Origin: Octopus sinensis
Lineage: Eukaryota
Length of the DNA stretch: 50,863 nucleotides
Direction of reading: 5' to 3'
Assembly: GCF_006345805.1 (NCBI RefSeq)
Contig: NW_021834161.1
Coordinates: 1 to 50,863 of the forward strand
Under the pieces are notes generated by a model. That model searched no databases and had not been told where the DNA came from. It saw only the letters and a program-made list of their open reading frames with translations. This document shows positions 24,600 through 38,302 of this stretch, one piece after another (positions within the stretch are counted from its first letter, which is position 1; every line of letters starts with the position of its first letter). The translations under genes were made by a program, and so were the position numbers.

Positions 24600-25030
24600 T
24601 AATTTTACGAACAATTGATGAAGTTGTCTGCATGACTGGTGTCTCCTGGAACTCCTACCAACCAAATTTTTTTGAGTGCGGGATTGCGAATGAAAAGATT
24701 TGCAGCAAAATTTGTGCCTCGCTTGTTCACGGAAGATCACAAGCAGTCAAGATTGAATCGGTCTCGTGAAAAGAAAGATCAGTTGTAAGTTGATTCACAA
24801 GGATTTTTTTTTTTCAAGGGCCATCAGTGGTGACGAAAGCTGACGCTACGGAATTTGCAGATGTGGAAGAGGTGAAGGCAAAAATGGCGGTGGCATTAAA
24901 AGTCATAACATCGCAAGAGTTCCAGCAGTGCTTCGAACATTGGAAAACGCCTCTGGACCGATGCATTACTTCAAATGGAGAATAATTTGTAAACATGTAA
25001 AAATACTGCAAAATTCCGGTTTCTTCAGGG
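24600..25030 (+). mobile_element. Internally deleted mariner transposase relic
   Basis: MKRFAAKFVPRLFTEDHKQSRL...RAISGDES (the WVPHEL-equivalent and first catalytic D) is joined directly to the C-terminal EFADVEEVKAKM..LKVITSQEFQQCFEHWKTPLDRCITSNGE. Confidence 0.88.
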
Positions 25031-25776
25031 TAGCGATTCGTATAGCTAAATACGAAGCGTTCTAAGATAAATTCCACATAAAATTTATTCCTTGAAGAAA
25101 ATAACTTTATTAAAATTCTGCACGAAATATCGACTCTTGTCAGGTTTTTTTGTTTTTCTTTCAGAGAGTTGTCAAACACAATCCATTCACTTATTATTAG
25201 ATGCAAGAATGAGTTGATTTTGAATCAATAACAGAAGCAATAAATGGCAGCTAACGAACTGTTTGTTCCTAATAAAAAGTGAGTTTTATTGTAAATGAAA
25301 ATATTGGCAACTAGAAAGAACATACGAGTAGTCTTAATAACGAGAGAAAAGACATATCTTAAAATACATATATTTGGTGTGTAAAAGTCCAGGAAATTTG
25401 GTCGATTACGAATACTTACGGCTTAAAACAAATGTTTGGTGGGGGAATAACAGTGCAAACAAAATTGGTTGATGTCTAAAAGATTTTTCGCGAGATAACC
25501 TATTCAGTCATGAGATGTCACGATATAAGTTAACATGGGAGAAATTATGACAGATTCACCACTTCTGAAAAACTACAATGGGAAAATTTCGTTTCTCAAC
25601 ACGAGACGAATGTAGAAATATTTGATCGAATATCTCTGTCTCACTCGAGCCATTAGTTTTCTCTCACCCCCTCTCTCAACATACATACATACATATATAC
25701 ATACATGCTTGCATATATGCATACATATACACAAAATAGCATACATACATACAAAAATATATAGCTAGCTAGGTGG

Positions 25777-26035
<259 letters not shown>

Positions 26036-26103
26036 GATTGAAAGAGATACAGATAGGTAAATAGGTAACTTTATACATGTGTGCCTGTCTGTAATATGAT
26101 ATA

Positions 26104-26161
<58 letters not shown>

Positions 26162-26385
26162 ATGTATGTGTGTGTATGTGTGTATGTGTATATGTATGTA
26201 TGTATGTATGTATATATGTATGTAAGTATGTAAGTATATGTATGTATGTGTTTATATATACTTGCATATATTCGAAGAATAATATGTAGTAAATTGACTC
26301 CTGAAAACTGAAATGCTGAATAAGTATTCGTCATTTATGAACGTTTACATACTTACGATCATATATCCATATTTACATACAAACA

Positions 26386-26431
<46 letters not shown>

Positions 26432-27203
26432 GATAACCTTACGTAAACGCATACATATTTTATATGTGCGTGTGTATGCATATATGTATATCAGTATGCC
26501 TGTAAGTATGTATGTCTGTTTGTGTGTATGTGTATATGTATGTATGCACCGGTTTCCATTTAAAGACTGCGGAGGCAGGTACTTTTCTATTTTAATCTTC
26601 ATAAATCAATTTATTCTAAATTGAAAAATAAGTTAAGACAAGATCACGCTGCCTTCTTTTTGAACATTTGAAGCATAATACCGCTCTTCTCTAAAGAACT
26701 AATAACACTAATACAAATAATGGTTCTTTTTTTTCACATATGACCAGCAAAAATTGCACTAGGATGACATATCTAGTCGAGTTAATCTGTCTTTATATAT
26801 TAGAAATTAAAGTATTTTATAAAACATAAAACAAATAACCATTCCGTTTCACTATTTCGCTAGCTTCCTAAAAGGCTGTTAATAAACACTATAATATTAT
26901 TGCAATACAAAAAAAAAGAATGTTTGTTACTGTCTGACGCCATTTTTTTTTGTAACTTTGTAACGATGTTTAGCTGAAACGATTGTTTGTGGATGAAAAG
27001 ATGAAGATAACAGTCGTTATCTTCAGCTAGCAATCTTTGTGAAAGATCGGGTAGATTTATGCAAAAACAGCAATAGTGCAACGGGGAGTATCCTACCATG
27101 GAAAAAAAATGAATGTATGTATATACATTTATATATATATGTATATATATACACACATATATACGTATTCATGTATATATATTGTAATAGGTGATTTTTT
27201 TCC

Positions 27204-27392
27204 CCTGGCGATTTTTTTCCTCTGTCTTCCCTTCTCTGGATCTTTCCTTCTCCTATGTTTCCGACGAAGAGCTCCGCTCGAAACGTTAAATCCTCCTTCT
27301 TCTCTTCTTTCCTGAGCGTCCAATAATACTTTATTTGTTCCACGTCCTCGCGTTGTTGTGTTTTTTTTTTGTGTTTTCTTGTTTGTATTAAC
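27204..27392 (+). mobile_element. Penelope-type terminal repeat with a hammerhead-like motif (second copy)
   Basis: Contains GTTTCCGACGAAGAGCTCCGCTCGAAACGTTAAAT. Homologous to 24103-24300. Confidence 0.6.
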
Positions 27393-27395
27393 TAT

Positions 27396-27451
<56 letters not shown>

Positions 27452-27480
27452 CGTTGTGTATATATATATATATATATATA

Positions 27481-27512
27481 TCAGGTCATCCCATAAGTTC
27501 TGGCCGATTTTA
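27481..27512 (+). mobile_element. Solo Tc1/mariner-like terminal inverted repeat at the end of a (TA)n tract
   Basis: TA-TCAGGTCATCCCATAAGTTCTGGCCGATTT resembles mariner-type ends. No partner TIR was seen in the window. Confidence 0.4.
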
Positions 27513-27689
27513 CCTTTAAGTAAAATTGAATGAAATTTAGTAGTACTTTAGAATGTCTAATGGAATATAGAATTATTTTTATGCATTTGTGTACATTTAA
27601 ACTAATTCAATATTATTTTACAGAATAGTCAATTATAAAATCAATAAAATAATACAAATTAGGCACCAATCCTCTTTGATTAATTACAA

Positions 27690-28630
27690 ATCTTCCTGCC
27701 CGACTAGACTTCTCGCCTTGGACAAACACCTGGATAGTGGCAAGTCGGGCCGCTTTAATACATAATTAAAAGTGTCCGGTAGGATGTTCATTATCCTGCA
27801 CAGATCCGTTTCCCATTTGACCTCCGCAGCACCTGCGAAGGCCAGACTGGGTCGTCTGTACAGGACAGAATACCCTCACTTCGGCCTTTCCTTTTAAAGA
27901 GATAAACTTAATGGTTGGCATATATTCTGCCAAATCCTTCTCAATCATTTTTTTCTGGAAGACGGCTATGGTATCGAGGGTCTTGGAGTAAGTCCTCAAC
28001 ACCACCGTCTTCTTTTCAAATTCCTCTAAACATTTTTTGGGTGGTGTTATTTCACATTCTATAAGTTTGTTTTTTGCCATGTGAAAAAATTAACAGTTCT
28101 AAAGACAGTACACAAAAATTCAAATAATAAGAGAAAAACAAAACGAAAGTTTTAACAAAAAGGAAGAAAAAATAAAATAAACAGTTCAAAACAGCATCTC
28201 AAAAATAAAAGACAGAAGAAGAGAGAGCGAGAGTTCAAAACACAGCAAAAAAAATTTGGGGCCACACAGTACTCCCGGCCTTCAACTGGAACAAGGTTTT
28301 TCAAGAATCTTGACAAATTCATCGAAATTGTTTTTTTTTAATTCCACGAAGTTAAACAGGAAGAGTTCTCACAATGGCACAATTCTCAAACTAGATTAAA
28401 TTTGGAGGCGGGATACGCCTCCAAACCACAATTCTCACAGTTAAGTGGGAAAAACAAAATGCTCAACTGCAGGCAGACCGAAGCCCAGAATCCAGTGAGG
28501 ACTCCTTACTTGTACAAAAAATAAATCTCACAAACAACGAACCCTACTGGGCTAAAAAAGTAGAAAGTCTTACATTAGAGCCTCTTTCAGTAACAACTTT
28601 CGTTCGCTGCAAACCAACGTGGCGACTTCG
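27690..28630 (-). mobile_element. 5' UTR and truncated ORF1 of a Tx1/L1-clade LINE
   Basis: ORF 27766-28080 (MAKNKLIECEITPPKKCLEEFEKKTVVLRTYS...) is continued by frameshifted WETDLCRIMNILPDTFNY. A long T-rich 5' UTR precedes it. The clade call is by resemblance only. Confidence 0.55.
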
Positions 28631-28639
28631 ATGGTACCA

Positions 28640-28697
28640 TGAAGACAACTGAACCACCAGAACCGGAAGCAAGTTTCTTACCACACTCCACGCCTGA
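28640..28697 (-). mobile_element. SINE family B head fragment
   Basis: Reverse complement GCTCAGGCGTGGAGTGTGGTAAGAAACTTGCTTCCGGTTCTGGTGGTTCAG matches the B tRNA-like head. Confidence 0.6.
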
Positions 28698-29169
28698 GCG
28701 ATATTGAAATATTTAAACCGACATTTTCTCTTTGGTTTTGAGAATTTTTCTATATTCCAAGCAGCATTTTATTAGATGTGACAATCCCCTTCAACGTCAC
28801 AATCCTAATGGACTTAGTGGATATCAAATAAACGTATACAGAGTTGGAAAGCCTTTCACAAACTCTAGGATACGTAACCTTGCATATCTCCTGCGTCCCT
28901 AGCATTCTCCCCTCTTAGCCACGCACTCTTTCACTCTTTATCTCTCTTTTTCCCCTCTCTGTTTCTCTCTCTTTCTTTCTCTCCCTTTCTTTCACTCTCT
29001 CTCTCCCTCTCCCCCTCTTTCTTGCCATCTCTCCCATACTGACACCGTCTATTTCTTTATTTCTCTAAACATTTACTTATATTCATCTAATTCTTTATCT
29101 TAAGTCTATTTGTGCATGTGTGTATATATATATACATGCACATGTATATATGTATATATATAAGTATAC

Positions 29170-29216
<47 letters not shown>

Positions 29217-29477
29217 AATATCTAATAGATAGATATGTACATAAAAAGGAATAGATATTTATATGTATATGTATATATGTATGTATGTATGTGTAAAACC
29301 TTACTGTCAAAGGCTGCGGAGCGTTCAATTATGAAATAAATGAAAAATAGACATTAAGAACAGGACATCACCAAAGAGTGATATATATGTGTGTGTGTGT
29401 TATATATGTGTTTATACACTATGTGCATATATATATATACATACATACAAACATATATATCTGCATACATACATACA

Positions 29478-29530
<53 letters not shown>

Positions 29531-30091
29531 GCGTGCATGCATGCATTTACATATATATAATCTTCCTTTCTAATTTTTGAGATTTCTTCACCCAGAACGT
29601 ATCCCGACCTTTAGAAACTTGTTAGACATCGTCATAATCCAAGAATGGCTTCCCTCTGATTTTGGCAACAACCATTCGATGTTTATTCATTCATTGGTAA
29701 TGCTGTGAGCCATTAGCAAACATATTCTTAAACATTTTGGATCCATTTCTCTCCTTAACGCATGACTCTACAGTTCTTCGATTTACTGCCATCCTGTTAG
29801 ATCTAATTATTTTTTCCGTTGTTGACTGAAATCATTCTTAGCCACCATTAATCAGATCTCACTGCCCTCAGCGTATGCTTTCCTTTTCGAGATCATATCC
29901 TATATTTCAACAAACTATTTGCCATAATCTTCAACAAGTTCCATTCTACACACATTACGTAACCTTTCCTTTTTCCCCCAAAAAGAAACACCTTCTAACC
30001 CACCAGCATGCAATCTAGACCCCTCGCGCCAGATCTGATCTCGTTCAATGAGAAAAGATATTCGAAATCATTTCCAATATTTTCATAGTAA

Positions 30092-30647
30092 AAGGCAGAG
30101 AGCTGGCAGAATTGTTAGCACGCCGGGCGAAGTGCTTTGTGGTATTTCGTCTGCCGCTACGTTCTGAGTTCAAATTCCGCCGAGGTCGATTTTGCCTTTC
30201 GGGGTCGATTTTGCCTTTCGGGGTCGATTAAATAAGTACCAGTTGCGCACTGGGGTCGATGTAATCGACTTAATCCGTCTGTCTGTCCTTGTTTGTCTCC
30301 TCTGTGTTTAGCCCCTTGCGGGTAGTAAAGAAATAGGTATTTCGTCTGTCTCTGCGTTCCGAGTTCACATTCCACCAAGGTTGACTTTGCCTTTCATTCT
30401 TTCGGGGATAAATCAAGTAGCAGTTGTGTACTGGGGTCGATCTAATCTACTGGCCTCCTCCCCCAAAAATTCGGGCCTTGAGCCTAGAGTAGAAAAGAAA
30501 ATTTACATCACAAATTCCTGCGAAGTCTATTTTGCCATTTATCTTTTTGGGATCGATAAAATCAGTACAAATTAAGCGGTTGAGGTGATCGACTTAACCC
30601 CACCCCTTGAAATCGCATGCCTTGTGTCAAAATGGGAAACCAATATA
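30092..30647 (+). mobile_element. SINE family A trimer (A1 unit, headless A2 unit, degenerate third unit)
   Basis: Junction AAAGAAATA|GGTATTTCGTCTG at 30335/30336. The first unit has a 19-bp tandem duplication (GATTTTGCCTTTCGGGGTC)x2. Confidence 0.88.
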
Positions 30648-31999
30648 TACATGGTCAGCCTTTTCATTTTCTACAGAAAACTCTACAATTAATGAACATA
30701 TCAAATCACCATAGGACCATAATCCTTAGAAACAGGATCATCATACAACCAGAATCAACGTGATTGCTTCAAACGCTAGGTTTCCCAATCGACAAGGATC
30801 TCTCCAGGAGAAAACATACTATTAACATATAAATGATGTATTTCAAATATGTGCCATTTTCTGCAAAGCCAGAGAATTCTTCGATGCAAAATTGCCAACC
30901 ATTTTCCCAAAGACCTCATGCATACCTGCGTTGAGATACAGTTCTTTTAAATTATGCGTTTGTCTCTCCAGCCTTTTGTATATTAAAGTCAATCGTTAAC
31001 CTATTGGTTGTTTATCCACCCATTGTGTGTAATCATAATTTACTAAAATTGTTGCGGCACTACATTATGAATACCTGTCTTTTAGTATTCTCTTGGTTTG
31101 ATACTAATCCGACGCTAAGCATCAACATTGCAGTGGAAAATGTGGCAACACCACCTTGATAAGCATTGCAAATTATCGATATTATAAGGATTTAGAAACT
31201 GCGAGTGAACATGAAACAATTGCTTTTGGAAATGTTTGAACGTTTGGATAGAAATCGCCTAGGCCTACCTGTAAGACTTACACTTTTTTAAAATTCAATA
31301 TTTACACACTATCATTTTGAGATTTACCAGCTTCAAGTTAAACTCTATCAAAAAACTATCATTTCATCTTCTCTCCAAGTTTCTAAATTATTATATCGTC
31401 AATAACATACAATTCTCATTGGTAAGAAAGAAGTTCCGAAAATAGTTAACTTGGCGGTTTGGTTTTGTTAAGTAGCAGGACACCGGTCAGGTTTAAAGAA
31501 GATGCGAGTTTCAGTCCCAAAAGCAGCCTTCGACATTTGCCCTCCAAATGTTTCTATGTTTCTTTCGGCTCAATATTATCTCTATCATTTATAGCTCTAT
31601 CTCCTTCGAGCGAAACAGTTCCAATAAAGAATTATCATTGAAATTTATATTTAGTTTTAGTTTCATTCCGTAGAATATAACAGAGACATTGTGTTATAAA
31701 CATCAATGTACGAAGAAGCCGCGTAAAATTGCTTCGCAGCAAACGAAAGCCACGACACAGTAATGTCTAAACAAAAGATTACAAAGAATTTTCAAGAGTT
31801 TACCACAATTCCTATGCTCCAGGCAAGACAGAATTACCTTAAGTAATGAAAGACTATAAAACACCTGTCCAAAGCTGGTCTCTAATATATATATTCCCAA
31901 TGTGTTTCAAACAAAGATGAAGTCCGCTTTGAATTAGATGCAGACCATTATGTAAAAATTGAGTTAATAAAATCACTTCACTATATTTCTCTCAAGAAC

Positions 32000-32250
32000 A
32001 TCAAAATTCCTAACAGTTGGTATAGGACAACATCGATTTCAAAGCCCCAAAACGAGGATAGAATAGAAAAGAACTACTAAACTACCGACCTATAAATCTT
32101 TTATGTGTTTCAAGATATCCACAAAGATCGTGACGAAGAGAAATGCTAAACAAACGAGAACTAACCACGTAGCAAAACAAAGATTTCAGCTGGGCTTTTC
32201 CCCATCATTGACCATGAGTAATACAATAAATATTTCTTAAAGTAAACGAA
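32000..32250 (+). mobile_element. Degenerate non-LTR reverse transcriptase N-terminal fragment
   Basis: KIPNSWYRTTSISKPQ...NYRPINLLC...QLGF matches the IP..W...NYRPISLL...Q.GF motif. Confidence 0.55.
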
Positions 32251-32681
32251 TGCCAGAAGTTGAGATCATGATGATAAAATGTAAACCAATTAGGTGTCTA
32301 CAGCTCGAGTAGAAAAGTTTTTCGATTTGTAAACCGAAAAACCGGTTGTGAATACATACGAATATAATGTGTATATTTTTTTCCTTTTCATCTGGAAGAT
32401 ATGCTGTTTTATAATGGCCGTTTTATCATTGTACGGTGGTATTTCGAGAAAGGTTTATATATACTCATTTGTGTATATTTCTACTTATACACGTGGATAT
32501 AGGAAGGAACACACGCGTAGGAGTGGTGTGTATGTGTATGTAAATGCGTGAGAATATTTTAATATGCTTGTTTGTATGTGTGCGTGTGTGTATGTGTGAG
32601 TGCATGTGTATGTGCGTGTTTGTGTGTGTGTGTGTGTGTGTGAGTGCATGCGTGTGCGTGTGTGGGTATATAACGGATTTT

Positions 32682-32760
32682 GTCACCGAAGGCGACGTAT
32701 AAACGTTCCGCTCCACCGAACGACCTGCACAAATGATTTGTCTATAGAGATCAAATATAG
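32682..32760 (-). mobile_element. SINE family D, 3' fragment
   Basis: Reverse complement ATTTGATCTCTATAGACAAATCATTTGTGCAGGTCGTTCGG matches the 3' ends of 38830-39065 and 45125-45360. Confidence 0.55.
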
Positions 32761-32866
32761 GTGTACGCGCGTGTGTATGTGTACACATGTATATACATTT
32801 ATGTATGTCTGTGTGCAGAGGCACATATATATATATATATATATATATATTATTATATATATATAT

Positions 32867-32921
<55 letters not shown>

Positions 32922-33199
32922 AATTAAATTAGAGATAAAACCACTATTAGGCAAATCAAACAATGAAAAGCATAAATCAAAACATAAAAATAATTAATAT
33001 AATATACAAAATATATAAAATATAAAATTTAAAAATTTAAATTATTTAAATTTAAAATTTAAATTATTAATTTATATTTATAAATTTTTTATTTATTTAT
33101 TTTTTTATTATATTAAATATATATAACTATCAAAAAGTATTAAAAAGTTTATATATACATGTATGTATGTGTGGGTCTAGATATACATATAGATGTATG

Positions 33200-33420
33200 T
33201 GTGTGCATGTCTTTGCACCATGACAGCCCAACAACCGATGTTAGTTTGTTTACATCCCCTGAATTGTTTACCCTCTCGTAATTTAGCCCTTCGGCAAAGA
33301 AACTGGCGGAATAACTTCAAGGCTTGGAAAAACTGACAATTGGCGTCCATTGCTTCAACTAAGCAACATTTAAATGCAGTACCCCAGCATGGGCGCAAAA
33401 CAATAAGTGAAACAAATACA
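33200..33420 (+). mobile_element. Old SINE family B, 3' half
   Basis: ACAACCGATGTTAGTTTGTTTACATCCCC...TTCGGCAAAG...CCCCAGCATGGGCGCA. Confidence 0.65.
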
Positions 33421-33757
33421 AAATATAAAAACAGATATTAGATAATTAAAAATATGAATTGATAATTATGACATCAAACTCAAACTTCGCAACTGAAACG
33501 ACAGTGTTTCTAAGCAATCACTTTAATATGTTTCTAAGCAATAGCTTTAATATGTTTCTCTGAATTAGACACATTTCTCAAGACAGTCTCCGATCTCTGG
33601 AAATGGAAAGGTTTTCATTTCTGGCTGGGAAATTCTTAAACCAATCTCTTTGCAAAGAAAAAGTATTTTTGGCATAACTGTGAAATGCTTACACATGATA
33701 ACTATCTATCTGTCTATCAATATTTTTGTCTTCCAATCTATCTATCTATCTATATAT

Positions 33758-33836
<79 letters not shown>

Positions 33837-33979
33837 GTTTATCAATCCATCAGCCTGTTTATATCTATTCATTTACCTACCTACTTTCCTACCAACCAAT
33901 CTATCTATTTAACCATCGCTCTGTCTTCTTATCTCCTTCCCACCTCTCTCTCCCTCCCTCTCTCTCTCTCCATATATGC

Positions 33980-34028
<49 letters not shown>

Positions 34029-34070
34029 TATATATATATATATGTACATATACATACGCACATATGTATA

Positions 34071-34235
<165 letters not shown>

Positions 34236-34987
34236 TATATGTATATCTATATGTGTGTATACGTGAGTGTGTATGTGCGTGTGTATGTATGTATGTGTGT
34301 ATTTGCCTGTGTAAAAGCTTTGTTATAAAAATACCTGCGCGAACGGATTGTATGTAAATGTGATATTGTGCGAGAGTATATGCGTGTTGCAATCGCAGAT
34401 GAAGAACGAGACGGCGAAAGGAAGACAGAGACAATGTGTGTGTGAGTGCGTGTGTGTGTGTGTGTGTGTCAGTGCGTGTATGTGTGTGTGTGTATGTGTG
34501 TGTGTGTGTAAGAAGAGAATTTGGTGTGTCTTTGTGTGCGAGTGGGGGCACCTCTTGTGATGTGTTCAGGAGAGAAAAAGCTGACGTAGGCAACATTTTT
34601 AATTACAAGTGCAACGTTCCTTGACAATTGATTTATCTATCATGATTAATGACTGTTGCCAGTGGGGTAGGAGGCGACTGTTTCCACACGTCTCTCTCCG
34701 ATTCCTCCCTCTCGCGCTCCCTCTCTCCCTCTCTTCCTCTCTTTCCCTCAGTAATGTGGGGTATCGGTCGCTAAATGTTGGGGAATGTTGTCTATTTGTG
34801 GAAATATGTGTGTATATGTGTGAGTTTACACGCGTGCGTGTATATGTGTGTGTATATGTGTGCGTTACTTTGTTTTTCTGTTTTTCAGTGAGTATTCAAT
34901 CTTTTATATAACTTGTGTATAACTTTTATATAACACAAACATACACGTACGAACATATGTACACCCACCACACACACACACACACAT

Positions 34988-35052
<65 letters not shown>

Positions 35053-35839
35053 CATACATATACAAATAATTGTGCGTGTATTTGTGTATGTGTAAACGGG
35101 CATATATACGGGAGTATAGAGAAATATATGCATATATACTGTATATATATACATGTACATATAGATAGATAGATAGATAGATACAGATAGATATGTAGAT
35201 GCATAATACATATATATATATATATGTGTGCGTGCGTCTGTGTGTGCGTGTGTGTATGTGTGTGTATATATGTATGTATATATATGTTTACATACAGATA
35301 CACATAAACATATATGTGTCTGCTCGTGTGTGTGTGTGTGTGTGTGCGTGCGTGTATGTATATGTATATATACATACATATTTACACAAGAATTCTCTCC
35401 AACGTATGTATGTCTCCACAATTGGCTTTCTGTATAACCTTCTATTCCTTTCATTAATTTACGCACACACACACACACAGAAACATATTTACACACACAC
35501 ATCCACGCACATAAGCACAGACATACACACACATACACACTTGTGTACATAAGCGTATTTTAAAAAATGTCACTGGTAACTTCGTATATCCACCAAATCA
35601 ACTCCACTGGCCGCGTGTTTTAATTTGAGGATTCGATATTTTTAGGAATTTTAATTAATAAGGGAAGTGCAATTTCGAATTAGTTAAGTTCTGTATCAGA
35701 AATGTCAGCTTCATTACTTCACAACCAAACAATTACACATAGGAGCTTATATACACACACACACACGCACACACACACACACACACATACATACACGCAC
35801 GCACATGCATACATACATACATACATATATATATATACA

Positions 35840-35876
<37 letters not shown>

Positions 35877-36127
35877 GTATGAGGGGATATATGTGAATGT
35901 ATATAATTATCTATATATCTCTATATATGTATATATATATAGAGAGAGAGAGAAAGAGTGAGAGAGATGTGTATATGTATATATGTATGTGTGTGCTTAT
36001 ATACACGCATACATGTATATGTGTATATATGCATATACGCATATATATGTAGCACACATATATATTATATTATATATTATTATTATAGAATACATGTATA
36101 TGTTTGTTTTTGTTTGTTTTTGTTTGT

Positions 36128-36180
36128 TTGTTTTTCCAGTTTCAGCTCTTGAGCTGTGGCCATGCTGGGGCACCGCCATT
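36128..36180 (-). mobile_element. SINE family B, extreme 3' end
   Basis: TTCAGCTCTTGAGCTGTGGCCATGCTGGGGCACCGCC. Confidence 0.65.
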
Positions 36181-36189
36181 GTGGTGAAA

Positions 36190-36345
36190 GAGTAGAGACA
36201 GCAGGGATCACCACCATCCTCCCCTGCCGGAGCCTCGTAGAGCTTTTAGGTGTTTTCGCTCAATAAACACACACAACGCCCGGTTGAGAATCGAAAACCG
36301 CGTCCTGCGACCGCGAAGTCCGCTTGCCCTAACCACTAGGCCATA
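36190..36345 (-). mobile_element. SINE family C, 5' part (tRNA-Arg-like head)
   Basis: Reverse complement TGGCCTAGTGGTTAGGGCAAGCGGACTTCGCGGTCGCAGGACGCGGTTTTCGATTCTCAACCGGGCG has A and B boxes and a TCG anticodon-like loop. Confidence 0.82.
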
Positions 36346-36662
36346 CGAATAATATATATATATTTATATATATAATATATATATATATATATAGATTATA
36401 TATATGCATCTACACATATTCATATGTATGATGTTGTATATATATATATATATATATATATCTTAATATATGTGTGTGTATTGTTGTAAATGGGAATGTG
36501 TGTATGTACGTGTCTATATATGTGTGTATGTATGTTGTATGTATGTATGTATGTATGTATGTAGTTGTATGTATGTATGGATTGTTATACTCTGACAGTC
36601 ATACATACATGTAAATATATATACATATACGTATGTGTGTATATGTATATATACACACATAC

Positions 36663-36792
36663 GTTATACTCTGACAGTCATACATACATGTAAATATATA
36701 TAGATATACGTGTGTGTATATGTATATATACATATACACACATACGTATATGTATATATATTTACATGTATATATGACTGTGAGAGTATAAC
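36663..36792. repeat. Near-perfect spacerless palindrome (64/66-bp arms) with an extra direct copy of the left arm upstream
   Basis: Arms compared base by base: 3 mismatches and one 2-nt indel. The centre is at 36726/36727. Confidence 0.9.
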
Positions 36793-36819
36793 AATCCATA
36801 CATACATACATACATACAT

Positions 36820-36856
<37 letters not shown>

Positions 36857-37344
36857 TGCATTCAAAGATACATATACACACACATACCGCCATACCCACG
36901 TTTGCTTTGCGAAGATCGTAGCAGGTCAGCTAACGTGTGTACGTGTGGATTAAATTACGTTATTTTCTTTCTGATAATATTTTATTTTTATTCCATTTTA
37001 TTTTATTTCATTTTTATTTTTATTTTATTTTCTTTATATTTTTTACTTCCTTTTCGAATACGTTTGTTTGTTTGTTTTTGTTTTTTAGGTTTTTTTTTTT
37101 CATGAAATGGTGCTGAGTTTCATTCCGTATTGAAATGATTGTCAGCTACAGATAACCTTTGTGTTTTTTTTTTTTTTGCTTTAACCCTTAAATCAATTGT
37201 TGGAAAGCAACGCCTCATGTTACGTGTTTAACTTTCGCATTAGAAGATCTTTTCCGGTGTCATTTCATCGCCTCTGCTTCTACCGTCAGTTCGTTGTTTT
37301 GTGTTGTTTATACATTCATTGATCATTATTATTATTATTATTAA

Positions 37345-37383
<39 letters not shown>

Positions 37384-37403
37384 CATCATTATTATTATTA
37401 TTG

Positions 37404-37456
<53 letters not shown>

Positions 37457-37458
<2 letters not shown>

Positions 37459-37670
37459 GGCGGTAAGTTGGCAGAATCGTTAGCACACCGGACGAAATGT
37501 TCGTAGCATTTCGTCCGTCTTTATTTTCAGAGTTCAAATTCCGCCGAGGTCGACTTTGCCTTTCATCCTTTCGAAGTCGATAAATTAAGTACTAGTTGCT
37601 TACTCGGGTCGATCTAATCGACTGGACCCTTCCCCCAAAGTTTCCTGTCCTGTGCCTGGAGTAGAAATTT
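37457..37670 (+). mobile_element. SINE family A (A2) embedded between (ATT)n arrays
   Basis: Full head, B box, central domain and A2 tail. Confidence 0.9.
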
Positions 37671-37711
37671 TTTTATTGTTATTATTATTATTAGTAGTAG
37701 TAGTAGTAGTA

Positions 37712-37749
<38 letters not shown>

Positions 37750-38302
37750 TAGTAGGGGAGGCGTGCTGTCAGAATCATCAACGAATCGGACAAAATACTT
37801 CGCGGTATTAATCGTTGTTCTGTTTGCGCGTATCTCATGCATATATGGATGTCTCTAGATAGATGTGTGTATGAGTATCAAGTTTTGCTGTTTATATATG
37901 TGTGTTGTATTTATTTAAACATTTATTTACTTAATTTTTTTTTGTTTACATTTGTTCCCAGACCTTATGTGGGTTCTTTTCTTTAATTCCCTCTTCCTCT
38001 CTTTTTATTATTTTTTTTTCGATTAATCTATCTTTCCATCAATTATTTTGATGGATTATATTAAAAATGTTTACACATGACCTGTTGGTTGAAAAAAATG
38101 TGCTTCGTTATCACCAGATCTTGGGTTTGATTTCACCGGCTGGTGTTCTGTGTCTCAGTGTCTCCTAAAAACCAGAGTCTGTCCATATCTTGTGAGTGAA
38201 ATTATGTAGAAGAAAATTGTGAGAAAGTGCCACGGATGGAATGTTTACGCCTTTTAAAGATTAACGCACACATGCAAACACACACACACACACACGCACA
38301 AA

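Noticed and set aside
29580-30090. Possible very old Tx1/L1 C-terminal fragment on the minus strand
   Set aside because: Only vague similarity with many stops, so not supportable without a search.
30700-31920. Unique-looking DNA with minus-strand donor-like sites (for example LERQTHNLKELYLNA before GTATGC)
   Set aside because: Acceptors are weak and no family motif was recognised. Left unannotated.
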